Origin: Planctomycetales bacterium
GTDB lineage: Bacteria > 4484-113
Length of the DNA: 10,490 nt
Assembly (NCBI GenBank): GCA_037445915.1
Contig: JBBIJQ010000065.1
Span: forward strand, 1 to 10,490
Reading direction: 5' to 3'
A program made the translations under genes and the position numbers. Shown here in pieces: positions 6,232 to 10,490 of the stretch. The first letter of the stretch is position 1; each line of letters starts with the position of its first letter. The notes beneath the pieces were generated by a model. It ran no database searches. It was given only the letters and a program-made list of their open reading frames with translations, and had not been told where the DNA came from.

Positions 6232-7895
6232 AACATCTTCGCCTCCTTACCATAGTGCGCCATCAAGCTGCGAACAAGGCGCTCAAGATGAAGCGCCCTT
6301 GAACCCTTTATTAAGATGACCGTTGGCTTGTCAGCCGCCTCTACTTCCTTAAGAAGGCGTCCTGCAATCTGGCTGATTATTGAATCGTCAACCATCCCCG
6401 CGCAAAGGTAATCCTCGTCTTCTGGAATGCTAGCGGGAAAGCCCTGCTTCATTTTCTCGTCTTCCTCCGCCACGCCGTGAAACCACACAAGCTCAAAGCC
6501 TGCGGGCACTTCAACTTCGCGCAGCGCAGCCATCCGGGGGCCGATGCCGATTACAAGCGACGGGGGGAGCTTATACACATGCGCCGCTATCTGCTTGTGC
6601 ATCATCGTTTCAAACTTGCCCAGTTCCAGCATATCGCCCAGGACGAGAATAAGCTTTGTTCCCTCGCCAAGATGTGATAGCAGGTCAAGCGCGTCATGGG
6701 TTGACGCAGGGCTAGAGTTATAGCTGTCGTCAATTAGTGTGACGTGCCGCTTCAATTTATAAGGCACGAGCCGCTGTGGCGTTGGGAACACATCTGCGGC
6801 GCGGGCAGGCAGGTCCCCAAGCTCAAGCCCCATTTCAAGCGCTAATGCGGATGCGCACAGAAAGTTCTCTGTTGCGCCGCGCCCGAGAACCTTTAGCTCC
6901 ACAGGAACGCAGCCTTCTTTAGTGCACACTTTTATCATGGAACCTTTGAGGCCGAGCTGCTTAACCTCGCTAAGCCAAATAGACGCTTCCGCATTTTCCA
7001 GGCCGCTGCAAGCCGGAATCTCATCGGGGCCGGAAGGGATTAGCAGGGCAGGGCTTGTCTGGGGCATCGCCGGAGCAGCATCAAAGTAAGCAACTTGCAG
7101 GCCGCGCTGAATCGCCTGCTTCGCTTCAATTTCCTGTAGAACGATGGGCAGGTAGCGGTCGCGCAGGTTCAGCCAGAGCTTTGAGCCAGCCTTCATCCCG
7201 TCAACTATCTCAGACTTAGCGCGAGCAATTTCAATGCCTGAGCCTAGCCTGCCAATATGGCTGCCCAGAGCGTTAGTTATCATGGCCGTATCAGGTTGCG
7301 CGATGCGGGAAAGCAAGCTAATTTCACCGCGCCCGCGCATCGCCATTTCCACGACCGCAAATTGCGTGTCCCTGCACAGCTTTGAGAGAGTCAGGGGCAC
7401 ACCGATTTCGTTGTTGAAGTTCTTGTCTGTGCCGACCACTTTGCTGCCATTCTTAAGCAGGGTGAGAAGCATCTCCTTCGTTTGAGTTTTGCCGACGCTG
7501 CCGGTGATGCCGACTACTTTCACCGCCTCGAAGCGCCGCCGGTACCAGCTAGCCAACTTCTGGAGAGCGACTAGCGTATGGCGCACATCTACTAGAGTGA
7601 TTCCTTGCGCATGCTTCGCGCTTACATAGTCCTTGGAGTCGTTGAGCACGCGGAGTATTTCAGGAACAAGGTGGTGGCCGGTGCGAAGCAAGGAGACTGT
7701 CGCCCCGCGGGACAGAGCGTCTAAGACGAACTGATGGCCGTCGCGCTGCTGGCCGAGAAGCGGAACGAAGAGAACGCCTTCACAGGCGTAGCGCGAGTCA
7801 ATGCAGTATGTTCCAAAGCGAGCTTCAGGGCTTCCAAAGAGAACATTGCCCGCTAGCGGGGCAAGTATTTCCCGCACTGCGAAGGTATCGTCCAT
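6228..7895 (-). CDS. murF: UDP-N-acetylmuramoyl-tripeptide--D-alanyl-D-alanine ligase (long, divergent)
   Basis: Motifs IDSR, LFVPLxG, DGHQF, GITGSVGKT, NFNNEIGVPLTL, VVEMAM, DDSYNSSP, LGDMLELG and KGSR. Lies between murE and mraY. GGAG (7906-7903) sits 7 nt before the ATG. Confidence 0.93.
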   Translation of the reverse strand: MDDTFAVREILAPLAGNVLFGSPEARFGTYCIDSRYACEGVLFVPLLGQQRDGHQFVLDALSRGATVSLLRTGHHLVPEILRVLNDSKDYVSAKHAQGITLVDVRHTLVALQKLASWYRRRFEAVKVVGITGSVGKTQTKEMLLTLLKNGSKVVGTDKNFNNEIGVPLTLSKLCRDTQFAVVEMAMRGRGEISLLSRIAQPDTAMITNALGSHIGRLGSGIEIARAKSEIVDGMKAGSKLWLNLRDRYLPIVLQEIEAKQAIQRGLQVAYFDAAPAMPQTSPALLIPSGPDEIPACSGLENAEASIWLSEVKQLGLKGSMIKVCTKEGCVPVELKVLGRGATENFLCASALALEMGLELGDLPARAADVFPTPQRLVPYKLKRHVTLIDDSYNSSPASTHDALDLLSHLGEGTKLILVLGDMLELGKFETMMHKQIAAHVYKLPPSLVIGIGPRMAALREVEVPAGFELVWFHGVAEEDEKMKQGFPASIPEDEDYLCAGMVDDSIISQIAGRLLKEVEAADKPTVILIKGSRALHLERLVRSLMAHYGKEAKML

Positions 7896-7924
7896 TTTTA
7901 AACTCCGAACTCAAAAGTAAGTAG

Positions 7925-7938
7925 CCTGGGAACCCAGG
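7925..7938. repeat. Inverted repeat CCTGGG-N2-CCCAGG in the murE-murF spacer
   Basis: Perfect 6-bp arms in AT-rich flanks. On the minus strand it is followed by CTACTTACTTTT. Function unassigned. Confidence 0.5.
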
Positions 7939-7947
7939 ATAATAATG

Positions 7948-7976
7948 ATGATACTCCGTGTATGCTAGGGGCGCAA
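7948..7976 (-). promoter_or_regulatory. Putative sigma70-type internal promoter upstream of murF
   Basis: The minus strand reads TTGCGC (7976-7971), a 17-nt spacer, then TATCAT (7953-7948), directly after the murE stop in an 82-bp gap. Confidence 0.6.
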
Positions 7977-7977
7977 G

Positions 7978-9495
7978 TTACGCCAGCAATTCGCGCGCAA
8001 CTTCAACATCGCTGAAGTGCTCGGTGGAGTCGGCAAGTATCTGGTAGTCTTCATGCCCTTTGCCGGCAATGAGCACGGCATCGCCTTCGTTTGCTTCCTC
8101 CAACGCAGCTTTAATCGCCAAGCGGCGGTCAGGCTCAATTAAGCGCGGCTGACTTCCGGCAGCAGGAAGGCCGGATAGAATATCGCTAATAATCGCCATC
8201 GGGTCTTCGCCGCGCGGGTTGTCAGTGGTGATTATCATTGCGTCTGCAAGCATCGCCACAACCCGCCCCATTAGCGGGCGCTTGGAATGGTCGCGGTCGC
8301 CGCCGCAGCCGAAGACGCAGATAATCCTGCCGCCGCCCGATACTTCCTGCAGCGCGGTGAGGACATTGGTCAAAGCGTCAGGGGTGTGCGCGTAGTCAAC
8401 GAACACGTGGATGCCGCGCAGGTTTTCCACGCGCTGCAACCGGCCGGGAATTACTTTCAACGCCTCAACGCCCGCTGATACCGCTTCCTCGCCTACTCCC
8501 TCCATTATTGCGGCGCCTGCGGCCGCAAGTATGTTGTAGATGTTAAAACCCCCGATGAGATGCGTTTTGATTTCTGCGCGGAAAGCCGCCAGCGTTTTAG
8601 GCTTGCAGGCTTCGCTGTGCAGCACTATTTCGGCGGATGTGCCGGTAAGGTCTTGGTTGGCAATGCGCGCGGTGAGCGCCGCTTCCTCGCCTAGCCCGTA
8701 ACTCAAGGCAGGATAAGCCAGCTCTCTCAACATCCCTTGCCCAAAGCCGCTATCGGCGTTGAGCACTGCGTACTCTGGCTCTCCAAACTCCCGGCGGCGG
8801 AACAGCTCGCGCTTTACCTCAGCATACGCTTCCATAGTCAGGTGGTAGTCAAGGTGGTCCTGGGTTAGGTTAGTGAAGACGCGGCCAAGAAAGCGAACAT
8901 AGTCCATCCGCCGCTGGTCAATCGCGTGCGAAGACGCTTCCATCACCAAATGCGTTGCCCCTAAGTCAGCGCACCGGCGAATGATCGCCTGCAAGTCCGC
9001 AGCGTCAGGCGTAGTAAGGCCGCGCCCGGTGAACGCAAGCGGGTCTTCATGCGATGTGCCAATAGGCAAGCGCGCCCCAAGCGTTCCCAGCACCGCGGGC
9101 GAGTGCCCTGCTGCGCGCAGGATAGAGTCAAGCAACAGGGTGAACGACGTCTTACCGTTTGTGCCCGTAACTCCGATTATGCGCAGGCGCTCGCTTGGCA
9201 ATCCCGATATGAGCGCAGCCAACAACGGATAAGCCTTGCGCGTATCCCGCACCCGCACACGGCATACGCCAATGGGGACTTCAACCGCCTTTTCGTGAAC
9301 GACGCAGGCTGCTCCATTCTCAACCGCCTTCGCCGCGAAATGGTGGCCGTCAGCCTTAGCGCCAGCGATAGCTACGAACATAGTTCCAGGGCTGACCTGC
9401 CGGCTGTCGTTAGTGACGGAGGTGACTATCAGGTTTTCATTGCAGCCGGATAGCTCTGTGTAGTCTAGATGGGCCAGCAGTTCAATTAGCTTCAT
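7978..9495 (-). CDS. murE: UDP-N-acetylmuramoyl-L-alanyl-D-glutamate--2,6-diaminopimelate ligase
   Basis: Motifs NDSR, GVTGTNGKTS, LTTPD, MEASSH, FTNLTQDHLDYH, PGRL, DYAHTPDAL, FGCGGDRD, DNPR (8212-8223) and AGKGHEDYQ. The start is placed at ATG 9495 with GGAG 7 nt upstream, giving a 14-nt overlap with ftsI. Confidence 0.97.
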   Translation of the reverse strand: MKLIELLAHLDYTELSGCNENLIVTSVTNDSRQVSPGTMFVAIAGAKADGHHFAAKAVENGAACVVHEKAVEVPIGVCRVRVRDTRKAYPLLAALISGLPSERLRIIGVTGTNGKTSFTLLLDSILRAAGHSPAVLGTLGARLPIGTSHEDPLAFTGRGLTTPDAADLQAIIRRCADLGATHLVMEASSHAIDQRRMDYVRFLGRVFTNLTQDHLDYHLTMEAYAEVKRELFRRREFGEPEYAVLNADSGFGQGMLRELAYPALSYGLGEEAALTARIANQDLTGTSAEIVLHSEACKPKTLAAFRAEIKTHLIGGFNIYNILAAAGAAIMEGVGEEAVSAGVEALKVIPGRLQRVENLRGIHVFVDYAHTPDALTNVLTALQEVSGGGRIICVFGCGGDRDHSKRPLMGRVVAMLADAMIITTDNPRGEDPMAIISDILSGLPAAGSQPRLIEPDRRLAIKAALEEANEGDAVLIAGKGHEDYQILADSTEHFSDVEVARELLA

Positions 9496-10490
9496 TAGGC
9501 TTCTCCGGCGGGACTTTCTTGGCAATGGCTATGCGCTCGGCAACATCGTGGAACGCAGGGGCTGCTACTGAGCTGGCGTAATACGCTCCCTTCGGCTCCG
9601 CAAACACTGCTAAGATGACGTACTTCGGCTCATTAGCAGGAAAGAAGCCTATGAAGGTCGCGTTGTATTTCCCTTTCGCATAGCCCCCGCGCCCCGGCAC
9701 CTGCGCGGTTCCAGTCTTGCCAGCGGCGTTGTAGTTGTCAAGCGCGGCCAGCCTGCCGGTTCCGCTGCTGACTACCTTCTGGAGTATTTTCCTCATTCGC
9801 GCTGTCTCGGTTTCGCTGAGGATACGCACCGCGTCCTTGTCCACGATGCGAGCCGGCGCGCCAGCGTTTTCGCCGACCAGCGACTCGCCATCCGCTAACG
9901 GAATGGAGTCGCCGGCGACTTTAGCGGCCTTCTCCGTTGCGCCAGTGTACTTTACCAGCTTGGGCTTAACCAGCCACCCGCCGTTGGCGATGGCCGAGTA
10001 AGCGCGCATAAGCTGAAGCGGAGTTATGGCTATTCCCTGTCCAAACGCAGCGCAGGCGGTGACTATTTCAGGCCACTTTCCGCTAGGTCCCAGGTTATCG
10101 TAAGCGCAGGGGCGGATGCCTTTGGCTTCCGAAGGAAGCTCAATGCCAGTGCGCTCGTAGAAGCCGTAAGTGTTGAAGATGTCTGATAGCTTGTGCTGGC
10201 GCAGCTCCTCCCCGACCTGCGCCATGCCAACGTTGGAGCTGTGGATGATTATGTTTTCAATAGGGATATTGCCGTAGCCGGCTGGGTTCTTGTCGTGTTC
10301 GGCTTCGTAGATTGTGTATTTGCCGATTGTAAGGGTAGGGTAGCAGTTAAAGCGCTGTTCAGCGTTGATCCATCCCCGGTCTAGCGCGGCCGTCGCGATA
10401 AGCGGCTTTGTTACCGAGCCTGGCTCGTAGGCGAAATGCACGAGGGGATTGGCCTCGTTTCCCTTGCTTCCCTTGCGCGCGTATTCGTTC
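9482..10490 (-). CDS. ftsI: Class B penicillin-binding protein (FtsI/PBP3-like), C-terminal transpeptidase domain, 5'-truncated by the window
   Basis: All three active-site motifs are present: YEPGSVTKP (SxxK, 10406-10417), HSSNVG (SxN) and GKTGTAQ. Also TGIELPSE and FGQG. The frame is open to the window edge (NEYARKGSKGNEANPLVHF...). Lies directly before murE. Confidence 0.92.
   Translation of the reverse strand, partial: NEYARKGSKGNEANPLVHFAYEPGSVTKPLIATAALDRGWINAEQRFNCYPTLTIGKYTIYEAEHDKNPAGYGNIPIENIIIHSSNVGMAQVGEELRQHKLSDIFNTYGFYERTGIELPSEAKGIRPCAYDNLGPSGKWPEIVTACAAFGQGIAITPLQLMRAYSAIANGGWLVKPKLVKYTGATEKAAKVAGDSIPLADGESLVGENAGAPARIVDKDAVRILSETETARMRKILQKVVSSGTGRLAALDNYNAAGKTGTAQVPGRGGYAKGKYNATFIGFFPANEPKYVILAVFAEPKGAYYASSVAAPAFHDVAERIAIAKKVPPEKPNEAN

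Noticed and set aside
7909..7938. Calling the murE-murF palindrome a definite intrinsic terminator
   Set aside because: The stem is short, the U-tract is interrupted and offset, and it lies downstream of the predicted promoter. Left unassigned.
9496..9525. ORF-track MurE start at 9525
   Set aside because: ATG 9495 has a well-spaced GGAG and gives a typical MKLxELL N-terminus.
245..10384. All plus-strand ORFs (63-148 aa) and short alternative-frame minus-strand ORFs in the track
   Set aside because: They lie within well-supported dcw genes, show no recognisable motifs and are expected shadow ORFs in moderately GC-rich DNA.
10439..10441. ORF-track start of the PBP at 10441
   Set aside because: This is an internal Val codon 8 codons before the catalytic Ser, and the frame stays open to the window edge.
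10459..10476. Tandem 9-bp repeat TTCCCTTGC x2
   Set aside because: Only two in-frame copies inside ftsI (RKG-SKG). A trivial micro-duplication or chance.
1..10490. CRISPR arrays, tRNA/rRNA, IS elements, inteins, riboswitches or a novel multi-gene system
   Set aside because: Nearly all bases belong to known dcw genes. The only two sizeable gaps (82 and 89 bp) show no such signatures, and the protein inserts are too short for inteins.

Overview
The window is an ordinary housekeeping locus: the middle of a bacterial division and cell wall (dcw) operon, with every real gene on the minus strand. In transcription order it holds ftsI (class B PBP, 5' end outside the window), murE, murF, mraY, murD, ftsW, murC, murB and the first 22 codons of a further gene (ftsQ or ddl by synteny only). 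I found no mobile element, CRISPR array, RNA gene or convincing novel system, and the plus-strand ORFs are antisense shadows. Departures from the textbook cluster: (1) murG is absent from its usual slot between ftsW and murC, which instead holds a sigma70-like promoter and hairpins; (2) a second promoter plus palindrome separates murE and murF; (3) MurF is about 100 aa longer than usual and has several altered motifs; (4) FtsW and MurB have variant active-site motifs; (5) MurC has a C-terminal tail overlapping an open murB frame. Motif comparisons are against family consensus recalled from memory, not computed alignments.
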